NCBI RefSeq assembly: GCF_900105015.1 | Contig: NZ_FNLK01000005.1 | Coordinates: 60,001-92,000 of the forward strand | Length of the DNA: 32,000 bases | Reading direction: 5' to 3' | DNA from: Schaalia meyeri | Lineage (GTDB): Bacteria; Actinomycetota; Actinomycetes; Actinomycetales; Actinomycetaceae | Shown: piece by piece, positions 19,611 through 28,651 of the stretch | How positions within the stretch are numbered: position 1 is the first letter of the stretch | Layout: each line of letters starts with the position of its first letter | Program-made: the position numbers and the translations under genes | The notes under the pieces: generated by a model | Databases searched by the model: none | Told to the model about the DNA's origin: nothing | The model's input: only the letters and a program-made list of their open reading frames with translations

Positions 19611-20630
19611 ATGACAGGACTTGCGCAGCGACTCACGCCGCCCGCGTCCGTCCCGTACCCGGGCAATCACCTCGGGTTGCGCTGGCGGCCCATGATCGGC
19701 CGTGACGCGCCCGCCGTATACGCGCTCATCTCGATGATCGAAGACGACGATCGCGCGATTCGACGCACCTCCGTGGACGATATTGCGGACATGATGGAGG
19801 GTGAAAACGGGCGCGATTGGGTGGACACGATCGTGGGTCTGGACGCGAAGCAGAACATTTGCGCGGTCGCTTCGGTGCGCGTCCTGCGAGGTATTCACGA
19901 GGCCGCCACGGGAGTCGTCAGCGCCTACATCCACCCTCACTGGCGGGGCAGGGGAGTGGGCCGAGCGCTGCTGTACTGGCAGGACGGGCGCGCCCGCCAG
20001 ATGCTGGTTGAAACCTTCGGCGCTAACTCCGAGGTGCCCGCGTCTATTTCTAACCTGGTCGACGCGCACATGACGGATCGCCGTCGCCTGTACATCGCGG
20101 CGGGTTTTTTCGCTAAGCGCATCTATCAGGTCATGTATCGCGATCTGGCGGGTGGCGAGGTCGCCCCTCAGGTGCGCCACGGCTACCGGATTCTGCCGTG
20201 GAACCAGGTCCCGCAGGATCAGATTCGCGCGATCCACATGGAGGCCTTCCAACAGGCGTTCCGGTCCCCGCTGCGTTCCCTGTGGTGGGACGACGCGATG
20301 AATCACTTTGACCCGCGCTGGTCGTTCGTGGCAGTGGACTCCGAAGGGGACGTGGTCGGCTACGCGATGACGGGCCGCCCCGCCCAGCGGTGGGTGGCGA
20401 CGGGGCGCCCCGAAGCGTACGTCTACCTGCTGGGCGTGGCCGAGGCGCATCGGGGCCGTTCCATTGCGAGCGCCCTGGTGGGGCACGCCGTTGCCTCTGC
20501 CTCCGCGTCGGGCGCGTCGCGCATCGGCTTGGACGTCGACGTGTCGAGTCCGGACGGGGCGCATAGTATTTACGAACACCTGGGTTTCGTCGACGAAGCC
20601 GCCGAGGTGTATTACACGATCAGTCAGTAG
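19611..20630 (+). CDS. Two-domain GNAT family N-acetyltransferase (MshD-like architecture), paralog 1
   Basis: Listed ORF, 339 aa. The N-terminal GNAT has an intact acetyl-CoA motif HPHWRGRGVGRALL. The second GNAT has VAEAHRGRSIASALV and IYEHLGF. Confidence 0.75.
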   Translation: MTGLAQRLTPPASVPYPGNHLGLRWRPMIGRDAPAVYALISMIEDDDRAIRRTSVDDIADMMEGENGRDWVDTIVGLDAKQNICAVASVRVLRGIHEAATGVVSAYIHPHWRGRGVGRALLYWQDGRARQMLVETFGANSEVPASISNLVDAHMTDRRRLYIAAGFFAKRIYQVMYRDLAGGEVAPQVRHGYRILPWNQVPQDQIRAIHMEAFQQAFRSPLRSLWWDDAMNHFDPRWSFVAVDSEGDVVGYAMTGRPAQRWVATGRPEAYVYLLGVAEAHRGRSIASALVGHAVASASASGASRIGLDVDVSSPDGAHSIYEHLGFVDEAAEVYYTISQ

Positions 20631-20647
20631 CCCGGTAGGAGGCGAGC

Positions 20648-21670
20648 ATGAGCATTCCTCTCGCGCAGCGAGCCGATGCCCCCGAGTTCGTTCCCCTCCC
20701 GGGTGAGCATCACGGTATCGAGTGGGAGCCGCTGACGGCTGCCCACCACGGCGGATTGGCCGCGTTGTTTGCACGAATGGAGGCCCTCGATAACCCGCCG
20801 TACCGCACCAGCCCGGACGAGGTGGAGGAAATGCTCTCCCCGGCCTCGCAATGGCGTGGTCTGGTCGGCACCGTGCGACGAGGCATGGGTGCGGGGCGCG
20901 TGGTCGCCTTCGCTCAGGTGATCCTGCGTTTCCCGGGACGCGTCGAGTGCGTGTGCGTCGGGGGAGTGGACCCCGATTTCCGGTGCATCGGACTGGGCGG
21001 CGCGATCGTCGACTGGCAGGAGGGTACGGCGCGCCAGATGCTGGCAGAGGTGGAAGGCGACGGTCCCGCCCAGATCACGTGTCACGTGGAGTCCGGTCAG
21101 GATGACCTGGAAGCCCAACTGAAGGTTCACGGCTTTCGGTGGGCGCGCACGTACTACGAGCTTCGCGCCTCGCTCGCGGAGTTGCCGCCGGTGCCGGACG
21201 TGGGCTCCTATATGAGCATCGAGGCGTGGGGGCCCCAGTGGGAAGAGCCCGCGTTGCGCGCGGCGAACCGGCTCAACGAGTCGGAGTGGGGCAGGCCCCC
21301 GCTCACTCAGGAACAGTGGATGCACGGGCGCACAGCTTTTGCCCCTGAATGGTCCTTTGTGGCCGTGGATCGCACGGGGGACCGTCCGCGCGTCGCCGGG
21401 TTTTTGTTGGCCTCCCGCTACGAGCAGGACTGGGCGGCGCTGGGATGGCGCGAGGGCTATATCGATCAGCTTGGCGTGCTGTCGGCTTGGCGCGAGAGCC
21501 GGGTCGCGGACGCACTTATCCTGGCGTCAATGTGGGCGCAGCGGCGCGACGACATGGATCGTGCCGCCACGGGCGTTGGCTCGGCGAATCACACGGGTGC
21601 GTTGGCCGTGTATGACTACCTGGGATTCCGCACGGTCGGGCAAACCAGGCTGTATGCGATCGAAGTCTGA
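20648..21670 (+). CDS. Two-domain GNAT family protein, paralog 2 with degenerate CoA-binding motifs
   Basis: Listed ORF, 340 aa, with GGAGG upstream. It is colinear with paralog 1: PYPGNHLGLRWRP vs PLPGEHHGIEWEP, and PRWSFVAVDSEGD vs PEWSFVAVDRTGD. At the equivalent positions it has FRCIGLGGAI and WRESRVADALI instead of R-G-x-G-type motifs. Confidence 0.7.
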   Translation: MSIPLAQRADAPEFVPLPGEHHGIEWEPLTAAHHGGLAALFARMEALDNPPYRTSPDEVEEMLSPASQWRGLVGTVRRGMGAGRVVAFAQVILRFPGRVECVCVGGVDPDFRCIGLGGAIVDWQEGTARQMLAEVEGDGPAQITCHVESGQDDLEAQLKVHGFRWARTYYELRASLAELPPVPDVGSYMSIEAWGPQWEEPALRAANRLNESEWGRPPLTQEQWMHGRTAFAPEWSFVAVDRTGDRPRVAGFLLASRYEQDWAALGWREGYIDQLGVLSAWRESRVADALILASMWAQRRDDMDRAATGVGSANHTGALAVYDYLGFRTVGQTRLYAIEV

Positions 21671-21720
21671 CGATCATTTCGCATAGTGGATAGTTTCTTC
21701 TCCCCAGCGCTGTGTGAGAG

Positions 21721-21849
21721 ATTACATTCTGCAAGAATGGGGTGTAAAGCTCCTGTTTATTTCCCCGTTTTCCGCAAGAGTGCTGCGTTGGTCCTAATTG
21801 TCTGACCAATAAATTACATAGGCTCGCACCAGAGGCCAGGAGCGGCCTC
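21721..21849 (+). promoter_or_regulatory. AT-rich control region upstream of the sugar-porter operon with repeated motifs (candidate promoter and operators)
   Basis: Palindrome ATTCTGCAAGAAT at 21726-21738, with a half-copy TTCCGCAAGA at 21770-21779. Inverted repeat TTGGTC-N10-GACCAA at 21788-21809. ATTACAT occurs at 21721 and 21813. A -10-like ATAAAT lies at 21809-21814. Hairpin GAGGCC-N6-GGCCTC at 21832-21849. Confidence 0.3.
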
Positions 21850-21888
21850 GGCGCCACGCGCGTCCCATCTCCACAGTGCGGAGCCAGC

Positions 21889-23352
21889 ATGACCACGCAG
21901 TCGTCAGCACCAACACATTCCGTTTCCCCACTGGTCATCCGAAGCGCCATCGTTGCCTCCCTGGGGGGCCTGCTCTTCGGTTTCGATACGGCCGTTATCT
22001 CCGGCGCGGAAGCAAAACTCACCGAACTCTATGCCCTGTCCTCCCTGGGGGAGGGGATGATCGTCGCCATCGCGACCATCGGCACCATCCTGGGGGCGAT
22101 CGTCGCGGGCAAACTCGCCGACCGATTCGGTCGTAAGCCCATCCTCTTTTGCATCGGCATCCTCTTCGGCGTCGGCGCCCTGGCCACCGCCCTGGCCCCG
22201 ACGCCCACCCTGGTCACCGCTGCGGATGGGTCGGCCGCGGCCTCGTCTGCTTTCCCGATCACCTTCTTCATGTTGTTCCGTTTCCTGGGCGGTATCGGCG
22301 TGGGCATGTCCTCCGTCGTCGCACCCATCTACACGGCGGAGATCGCGCCCGCCCGAGTCCGTGGGCGCCTGGTCGGATTGGTTCAGTTCAACATCGTCTT
22401 CGGTATCCTGCTGGCCTACGCTTCCAACGCGATCATCCGCGAGATCGCCCATGAAAACATCTCCTGGCGGTGGATGCTCGGTGTCATGGCCGTTCCCGCC
22501 GCCTTCTTCCTGATCTTCCTGGCGACCGTTCCCGAGACGCCGCGCTGGCTCCTGTCCCACGGACACGAAGACACGGCCACGGTCATCTCCCGGCGCTTGA
22601 CCGGCTCCGAGGCCGAGAGCGCCGAGCAGATTGCCGAAGTCAAGGCACAGCTCGCCGAAGACGCCGCTCTGGGTAAGGCTCCGTTCTTTACGCGGCGCTA
22701 CCGCAAGGTCATCCTCATGGCCTTTAGCATCGCCATGTTCAACCAGCTTTCCGGCATCAACGCGATCTTGTACTACGCGCCCAAGGTGATGGATTTGGCC
22801 GGCGGATCCGAGGTGCTGGGCGCCGCGTTCCCCTACATCGGCTCCGTCATCGTCGGCCTCATGAACCTGATCGCCACGATGGCTGCCCTGACCGTCATTG
22901 ATCGGCTCGGACGCCGTCAGCTCATGATTGTCGGCTCCATCGGCTACCTGATCTCCCTGGGCTTCCTGGCCGCGATGATGTTCGCCTACGAAGGCGGTTA
23001 CGTGTCGAAGAGCCCGACCTTCGTGTGGCTCATCCTGCTGGGCCTGCTCGGATTCATCGCGTCCCATGCTTTCGGCCAGGGTTCGGTCATCTGGGTGTTC
23101 ATCTCCGAGATCTTCCCCAACCGTGTGCGCGCCCGCGGCCAGTCGCTGGGCTCGCTGACGCACTGGGCGTTCGCGTTTGTCACCACCTACGCCTTCCCGG
23201 TGCTCACCGACAAGCTGGGCGGAGGTTTCGCATTCGGAATCTTCTTCCTGGCCATGATCGGTCAGCTATTCTGGGTTCTGACGGTTATGCCCGAGACGAA
23301 GGGCATTCCTCTCGAAGAAATGGAAGAGAAGCTGGGGCTTACGAATGACTAG
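21889..23352 (+). CDS. MFS sugar-porter family transporter (sugar or inositol:H+ symporter type)
   Basis: Listed ORF, 487 aa. LGGLLFGFDTAVISGA, DRFGRKPIL, VPETPRWLL and MPETKGIPLEEME are sugar-porter signatures. The sequence has 12-TM character. Confidence 0.88.
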   Translation: MTTQSSAPTHSVSPLVIRSAIVASLGGLLFGFDTAVISGAEAKLTELYALSSLGEGMIVAIATIGTILGAIVAGKLADRFGRKPILFCIGILFGVGALATALAPTPTLVTAADGSAAASSAFPITFFMLFRFLGGIGVGMSSVVAPIYTAEIAPARVRGRLVGLVQFNIVFGILLAYASNAIIREIAHENISWRWMLGVMAVPAAFFLIFLATVPETPRWLLSHGHEDTATVISRRLTGSEAESAEQIAEVKAQLAEDAALGKAPFFTRRYRKVILMAFSIAMFNQLSGINAILYYAPKVMDLAGGSEVLGAAFPYIGSVIVGLMNLIATMAALTVIDRLGRRQLMIVGSIGYLISLGFLAAMMFAYEGGYVSKSPTFVWLILLGLLGFIASHAFGQGSVIWVFISEIFPNRVRARGQSLGSLTHWAFAFVTTYAFPVLTDKLGGGFAFGIFFLAMIGQLFWVLTVMPETKGIPLEEMEEKLGLTND

Positions 23353-24295
23353 GATCGTGAATATCGGTGAGGCGCTCATCGATGAGATTACTCGCCCGAA
23401 CACCGCCCCCGTCGAGGTCGTCGGCGGTTCGATGCTCAACGTTGCGGCCGGCCTGACCCGCCTGGGGCACGACTCAGAGCTGGCGACGTGGTTCGCTCGC
23501 GACGCGCGCGGTGTCAAGGTCCGCGAGCATGCGGAGGCAGCTGGGGTCACCCTGACTCCCGGCAGCGATGCGGCCGAATTCACCACGGTCGCGCACGCCT
23601 CCCTTGACGAGAGAGGTCGAGCCACCTATGAGTTCGACCTGTCGTGGGACGTGCCTGCCGTCGAGGATCCGGACTCGGTTGGACACGTGCACACCGGTTC
23701 CTATGCTGTCGCCGTGGAGCCCGGCGCCGAGAAGGTCCTGGCTGCCGTCAAGCGCCAGGCCATCCGCGGCACCGTCTCCTACGACCCGAATATCCGTCCC
23801 GCCCTGCTGGGGACGCCCGACGAGGCACGCCCCCACGTCGAGGCGATCGTTGCCCTGGCCGACGTGGTGAAGGCCTCGGACGAGGACCTGGAGTGGCTGT
23901 ACCCGGGCCGCCCCGTCGAGGACGTGATCCGTGAGTGGTCGCAGTCGGGGCCGGCGCTGATCATCTGCACACGCGGGCCGTGGGGCGTGTACATCAAGAC
24001 CGCCGCCGAGCGTGACATGCTCGTCGTGGATCCCCTCGACGTCGAGCTGGTGGACACGGTGGGTGCCGGCGACTCGCTGATGGCGGGCCTGATCTCCGGT
24101 CTGCTCGACGCCGACCTCCTGGGCTCGGGCGAAGCAAAGCAGCGCCTGCGTGAGGCGTCGTGGGACAAGATCTTGCCAGCCATCCACCGGGGCATCATCA
24201 CCTCGGGCATCACCATCCTCTACGCGGGCGCCTACTCACCCACGCGCGAGGAGGTCGCCTCGGTCCTGGCCGCCGACCCGCAGCTGCGAGGCTGA
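23345..24295 (+). CDS. PfkB family carbohydrate kinase (fructokinase-like)
   Basis: Listed ORF, 316 aa. The N-terminus is NIGEALIDE, the DTVGAGDSLMAGLISGLL anion-hole motif is present, and there is an 8-nt overlap with the transporter stop. Confidence 0.82.
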   Translation: MTRIVNIGEALIDEITRPNTAPVEVVGGSMLNVAAGLTRLGHDSELATWFARDARGVKVREHAEAAGVTLTPGSDAAEFTTVAHASLDERGRATYEFDLSWDVPAVEDPDSVGHVHTGSYAVAVEPGAEKVLAAVKRQAIRGTVSYDPNIRPALLGTPDEARPHVEAIVALADVVKASDEDLEWLYPGRPVEDVIREWSQSGPALIICTRGPWGVYIKTAAERDMLVVDPLDVELVDTVGAGDSLMAGLISGLLDADLLGSGEAKQRLREASWDKILPAIHRGIITSGITILYAGAYSPTREEVASVLAADPQLRG

Positions 24296-24316
24296 GGGGT
24301 GGTTTGACCAGCATCA

Positions 24317-24344
24317 GCGGGTGGGCCCGGCCGGGCCCACCCGC
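24317..24344. terminator. Bidirectional GC-rich hairpin between convergent pfkB-like and topoisomerase subunit A genes
   Basis: GCGGGTGGGCCC (24317-24328), GGCC, GGGCCCACCCGC (24333-24344): a perfect 12-bp stem with a 4-nt loop. Confidence 0.55.
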
Positions 24345-24389
24345 ATCGGTACGAGCCCGCGCTATCACGTGACATAGCTGATCGGTGCC

Positions 24390-26864
24390 TCACCCGATCG
24401 ACGTGATCGCGAAGGTGATGGGCACGCCCGATCCGTCTCGGCGCTCATCCTCGGTCGGCAGATCGACGGGCGAACCGTCGGACGAAGCCGCGCGCCCGGG
24501 CCTGGCGCCCACCCACGCGATATCCAGGTGGTCCTCGCCACGCAGGAAACGCTGGCAGCGCACGCCCTGGCCCCCGCGTCCCTTCGCGGGGTAATACTCA
24601 AACGGGGTGACCTTCACGGTCGTCTGCCCCGTTCCGGGCAGCGCACCGAGCGCGGCGGCAACCGTGACAACGACGGCGTCAATGGGGGCCTCGACCACCC
24701 AGAAACCCAAGGCCTCAGCGCCACCGGAAAGCTTCATGCCCGCCATACCACCCGCCGTACGGCCCTGCGGGCGCACCTTCGCCGCGGGGGTGCGCAACAG
24801 CTGAGCGTCCGACGAGACAAACACCAGGTCGGCGCCGTCACTGCATCGATCGAAGCCCACCAGACGATCACCCTCCTCGAGCGTGATCACCTCCCATTTC
24901 TCGCGTTGCAACACATCCGGACGCAAACGCTTCACCGTGCCACGAGCCGTCCCCATCGCGACCACGTCGGTGCCCTCTGGATCTAGCAGACCCACCGTCG
25001 GCGCATCCGTATGCAGCAGCAGTTCGGAGGGCATGGCGCCTGCGAGCGACAGTCCGGTCTCAAAGCGAGGCAGCGCCGGCAGGTCAACGACGTCAATGCG
25101 GTGAGCGATACCGTCCTGCGTGACCACGGCGACCTGGGAACGCGCCGAAGACGCGAGCTGCGCGCGCCAACCGTCGGACGCGGCACGCGGCCCGGGCTCC
25201 AACGGCTCCCCACCCGCCACGCGCGCGAGTGCGCCCGTGGACGACAGGACCACCACGCACGGATCGTCGGGAATCTGCAGGTCCAGTCCCTTGCCGGAGC
25301 GAGACACCGACGGCAGCGCAGCCAGCGCTGCCTCGTCCGTCCCCCCGGTCGAGCCCACAGGTGTGCCCGTCGACGCTAACAGCAGGGTGCGACGCGGCGT
25401 GCCCAGCCGCTGCGAAACCTCGCGCAGCTCCTTCTTGACCAGGGCACGCAGCAGCTCCGGATCGGCCAGGATCTCGCGCAGCGACGCGATCTTGGCCGCC
25501 AGATCGTCGCGCTCGGACTCCAATTCGATGCGCGAAAACTTCGTGAGGCGGCGCAGCCTCAGCTCCAGGATGTAGCTCGCCTGAGCCTCCGACAGATCAA
25601 AGGCCGTCATCAGGCGATCACGCGCCGCCTCGGCGTCGTTTGAGGAACGGACAATTGCGATAACGTCGTCAATGTCGAGGATCGCGATCAGCAAGCCCTC
25701 CACCAGGTGCAACCGATCCTCGCACTTTTTCAACCGGAAGCGACTGCGCCGCGTCGTCACGTCCAGGCGGTGATCCAGGAAAACCTGCAGCATCTCCTTC
25801 AAGCCCAGCGTGCGCGGCTGGCCGCCCACCAGGGCGACGGCATTGATCGAGAAGGAATCCTCCAGGGGCGTGCGCTGATACAGCTGCTGCAACACGGCCT
25901 CGGGATTGAAACCGTTCTTCACCTCAATGACCAGGCGCAGACCGTGGAGGCGGTCCGTCAGGTTCTGCACCGACGAAATGCCCTTCAGGCGCCCCGCATT
26001 CGCGTTCTCCTTGATCTTCTCAATGACCTTCTCCGGCCCCACCATGTAAGGCAGCTGCGTGACGATGATCCCCATCTTGCGGGCGGTCACGCGCTCGATC
26101 TGAACCTTTGCGCGCGTCTTAAATGCGCCACGCCCCGTCTCGTACGCCTCCTTGATGCCGTCCAGGCCGACGATGACGCCTCCCTCGGGCAGGTCGGGAC
26201 CGGGAATGTAACGCATCAGGTCGGCCACTGTGGCCGACGGGTGATCCAGCAGGTGAATGGCGCCGGCGATTGTCTCGGACAGGTTATGCGGGGCAATATT
26301 CGTTGCCATGCCCACGGCGATACCGGACGCGCCGTTCACTAAAAGCTGCGGGAAAGCGGCGGGCAACACCTCCGGCTGCATGAATTGATTGTCGTAGTTC
26401 GGAACGAAATCAACGGTGTCCTCGTCCAGGCCGGTGACCAGGTCCAGCGCGGAGGACGCCATGCGGGCCTCCGTGTAACGCGCCGCGGCAGGCCCATCGT
26501 CCAGCGAACCGAAGTTACCGTGACCATCCACCAGGGGGACCCGCAGGTTAAACGGCTGCGCGAGGCGCACCAGGGCCTCGTAAATGGCGGAATCCCCATG
26601 GGGGTGGAGCTTACCCATGACCTCGCCGACGACGCGCTGAGACTTCACGTGCCCCTTATCGGGGCGCAGCCCCATCTGATCCATCTGAAAGAGGATGCGC
26701 CGCTGGACGGGCTTGAGTCCGTCGCGCGCGTCGGGCAGTGCCCGAGCGTAGATGACCGATACCGCATACTCCAGAAAGGACCCACGCATTTCAGCGGACA
26801 CGTCAATCTCGGAGATGTTTTCGTCCGCTTCGGGGATGTCGACAACCTGGTCCTTCTTAGCCAT
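24390..26864 (-). CDS. parC: Type IIA DNA topoisomerase subunit A (topoisomerase IV ParC-like / second GyrA paralog)
   Basis: Listed ORF, 824 aa. [33 protein letters not shown] and the active-site context [10 protein letters not shown] are present. The C-terminal domain is beta-pinwheel-like. Confidence 0.9.
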   Translation of the reverse strand: MAKKDQVVDIPEADENISEIDVSAEMRGSFLEYAVSVIYARALPDARDGLKPVQRRILFQMDQMGLRPDKGHVKSQRVVGEVMGKLHPHGDSAIYEALVRLAQPFNLRVPLVDGHGNFGSLDDGPAAARYTEARMASSALDLVTGLDEDTVDFVPNYDNQFMQPEVLPAAFPQLLVNGASGIAVGMATNIAPHNLSETIAGAIHLLDHPSATVADLMRYIPGPDLPEGGVIVGLDGIKEAYETGRGAFKTRAKVQIERVTARKMGIIVTQLPYMVGPEKVIEKIKENANAGRLKGISSVQNLTDRLHGLRLVIEVKNGFNPEAVLQQLYQRTPLEDSFSINAVALVGGQPRTLGLKEMLQVFLDHRLDVTTRRSRFRLKKCEDRLHLVEGLLIAILDIDDVIAIVRSSNDAEAARDRLMTAFDLSEAQASYILELRLRRLTKFSRIELESERDDLAAKIASLREILADPELLRALVKKELREVSQRLGTPRRTLLLASTGTPVGSTGGTDEAALAALPSVSRSGKGLDLQIPDDPCVVVLSSTGALARVAGGEPLEPGPRAASDGWRAQLASSARSQVAVVTQDGIAHRIDVVDLPALPRFETGLSLAGAMPSELLLHTDAPTVGLLDPEGTDVVAMGTARGTVKRLRPDVLQREKWEVITLEEGDRLVGFDRCSDGADLVFVSSDAQLLRTPAAKVRPQGRTAGGMAGMKLSGGAEALGFWVVEAPIDAVVVTVAAALGALPGTGQTTVKVTPFEYYPAKGRGGQGVRCQRFLRGEDHLDIAWVGARPGRAASSDGSPVDLPTEDERRDGSGVPITFAITSIG

Positions 26865-26931
26865 ACGCGCAATTATCGCGCGCGGGGGCGCTCATTTCGA
26901 CTGCCGCGCCGCTTCGGGGCACAATTGTGGG
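26865..26931. promoter_or_regulatory. 67-bp divergent intergenic region with two back-to-back -10-like boxes placed for leaderless transcripts
   Basis: On the minus strand, GATAAT (26877..26872) is followed by 7 nt and then ATG 26864. On the plus strand, CACAAT (26920-26925) is followed by 6 nt and then ATG 26932. Neither gene has an SD. An 8-bp palindrome ACAATTGT lies at 26921-26928. Confidence 0.35.
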
Positions 26932-27486
26932 ATGGACACATGGACCCGTATCGAACGTGGCGGCTTTTACCCCGAGGCGGTGCAAAGGGCGTTGCGCCGG
27001 GCGCTGGGGCGCACCGAGCCGTTGGCGACGCTGTGCCAGGTGGATACGGGTTTTGACCGCGGGGAGGTGTTCCGTCACCTGACGATCGCCTCGATCACCG
27101 ACAGGGCCATCGTCCAGCTGCACGTCGACGAAATGGACGGTGGATTCGCGATGATTGCGACGGCAGTCCGTCGCGTGTCCGACATCGCCGGCTACTCCAC
27201 GATGGAGGTGTACACGGATCCCGAGAAGGCGCGCGGAATCAGCGAAATGACCATCGCCCTGGATCTGGGCGGAGCGCGCCGCCTCGAAATAGAACCCACC
27301 CAGTGCGAGCACTCTCATTGCGAGGCCGACCACGGGTTTACTGCCTCGTCTTTTCCAGACGACATGACCTTCCGTGTTTCGGCGGCCGCCGACGGGCAGG
27401 ACGCTGTCGATGAGGCCCGGGTCTTCGTCGACCACCTGGCGCGGCTCATGGGAACCCGAAGCGATGCGGGGGATAGCGGTGAGTGA
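26932..27486 (+). CDS. DUF5998 family protein
   Basis: In frame with listed ORF 26752..27486. The part upstream of 26932 overlaps the parC-like gene on the opposite strand. MDTWTRIERGGFYPEAVQRALRRAL... matches the small conserved actinobacterial protein usually paired with the downstream phosphatase-family gene. Confidence 0.7.
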   Translation: MDTWTRIERGGFYPEAVQRALRRALGRTEPLATLCQVDTGFDRGEVFRHLTIASITDRAIVQLHVDEMDGGFAMIATAVRRVSDIAGYSTMEVYTDPEKARGISEMTIALDLGGARRLEIEPTQCEHSHCEADHGFTASSFPDDMTFRVSAAADGQDAVDEARVFVDHLARLMGTRSDAGDSGE

Positions 27487-28627
27487 GCGCGCGATGACGC
27501 TTGACCTGCCCGGCGCCGACCTGCCGGGGGAGGAGGATCCGGCGATCACGGATATCGTTTCCGGGGCCCTGTGCTCGATCGATGCCGGACTCGAGGGTGC
27601 GTCGTCGGCGCGGGCCCGGGCGCTCGGCATTGAGTCGGGAGCCCGCCAGCTGCTGCTGGTCCTCGTCGATGGGCTCGGATACGAGCTGATCGAGGGGCAC
27701 ATCGGCCACGCCCCGACGCTTCGCCGCGTCCGCGACGATATTCGCTCTATCCACACCGTGGTTCCCTCAACGACCGCGGCGGCAATTACGGCGTTTGGGA
27801 CGGGGGAGCGTCCAGGCGCTACGCACATGGTTGGTTTCTCCGTCGCGCATAGGGGCGGAATTATGAACTTGCTCGCCATGGAGGGCGGCCCGGCCCCCGC
27901 CAAGTGGCAGCCGGTTCCTACCTTCTTTGAACGCCTGGCCGCCCAAGACGTCCCCTCTGCGGTGATTTCGCCGGCGCGTTTCGCGGGTTCTGGCCTGACG
28001 GGGGCGGCGCTGCGCGGAGCGCGCCACGTGCCCGCCGAGTCGCTGAGCGATCGCATTGGCGCCGCCCTGCGGGAGCTACGCGCAGGCACGCCCCTCGTCT
28101 ACCTTTACTGGTCCGAGATCGATCACGCGGGGCACTCCTGCGGCGTCGGATCCGACGCATGGATCGCGCAGCTCGAAGAGTTCGACTCGGGGCTCGCCTC
28201 CCTGCTGCGAGGGCTTCCCGACGGGGTGCGCACCGTACTGACCGCCGACCACGGCATGATCAACGTCGACCCGGCAAAAATCATTGACGTCGCATCGGTT
28301 CCCGCTCTGCGCGAGGGCGTACGGATCATCGCCGGCGAGACGCGCGCGGTCCACGTCCATGCGGAAGAGGGGCGCGCCGCCGAGGTGGAGGCACGCTGGC
28401 GCGAGAGGCTGGGGGAGCGCGCCTGGCTCCTGTCTGGCGATCAGATGAGCGCCCTCATAGGCCCGGGCGGCGGCTCGTCAATCATCGGTGACCTTTTGGT
28501 GTTGGCTCGCGGCGCGGGGGGCGTCGTTGATTCGCGGACACAAAACGCGTCGGCTATCGCGATGCCGGGCATCCACGGGTCGCTCACCCCGGCTGAGATG
28601 CGCATTCCGCTGGTCGTCCTGTCCTAA
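27479..28627 (+). CDS. Alkaline phosphatase / nucleotide pyrophosphatase (type I phosphodiesterase) family protein
   Basis: In frame with listed ORF 27374..28627. LLLVLVDGLGYELI, VVPSTTAAAITAFGTG, DHAGHSCG and LTADHGM are metal-ligand motifs of the family. The start is GTG 27479 (8-nt overlap with the DUF5998 stop) or ATG 27494. Confidence 0.8.
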   Translation: MSERAMTLDLPGADLPGEEDPAITDIVSGALCSIDAGLEGASSARARALGIESGARQLLLVLVDGLGYELIEGHIGHAPTLRRVRDDIRSIHTVVPSTTAAAITAFGTGERPGATHMVGFSVAHRGGIMNLLAMEGGPAPAKWQPVPTFFERLAAQDVPSAVISPARFAGSGLTGAALRGARHVPAESLSDRIGAALRELRAGTPLVYLYWSEIDHAGHSCGVGSDAWIAQLEEFDSGLASLLRGLPDGVRTVLTADHGMINVDPAKIIDVASVPALREGVRIIAGETRAVHVHAEEGRAAEVEARWRERLGERAWLLSGDQMSALIGPGGGSSIIGDLLVLARGAGGVVDSRTQNASAIAMPGIHGSLTPAEMRIPLVVLS

Positions 28628-28651
28628 CAGGCGCTTTTGGTCCTGATGGCC

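Noticed and set aside
21788-21809. DasR/GntR-type operator, because of the TGGTC ... GACCA half-sites.
   Set aside because: The half-sites are separated by about 12 nt, not the 2 nt found in the dre consensus. It is reported only as a generic inverted repeat.
26851-26890. dif-like XerCD site at the subunit A gene start (GATAAT...TATG...AAG).
   Set aside because: After GATAAT, only the start-codon-derived TATG and scattered bases match the actinobacterial dif consensus as I recall it. The central region and the XerD arm do not match.
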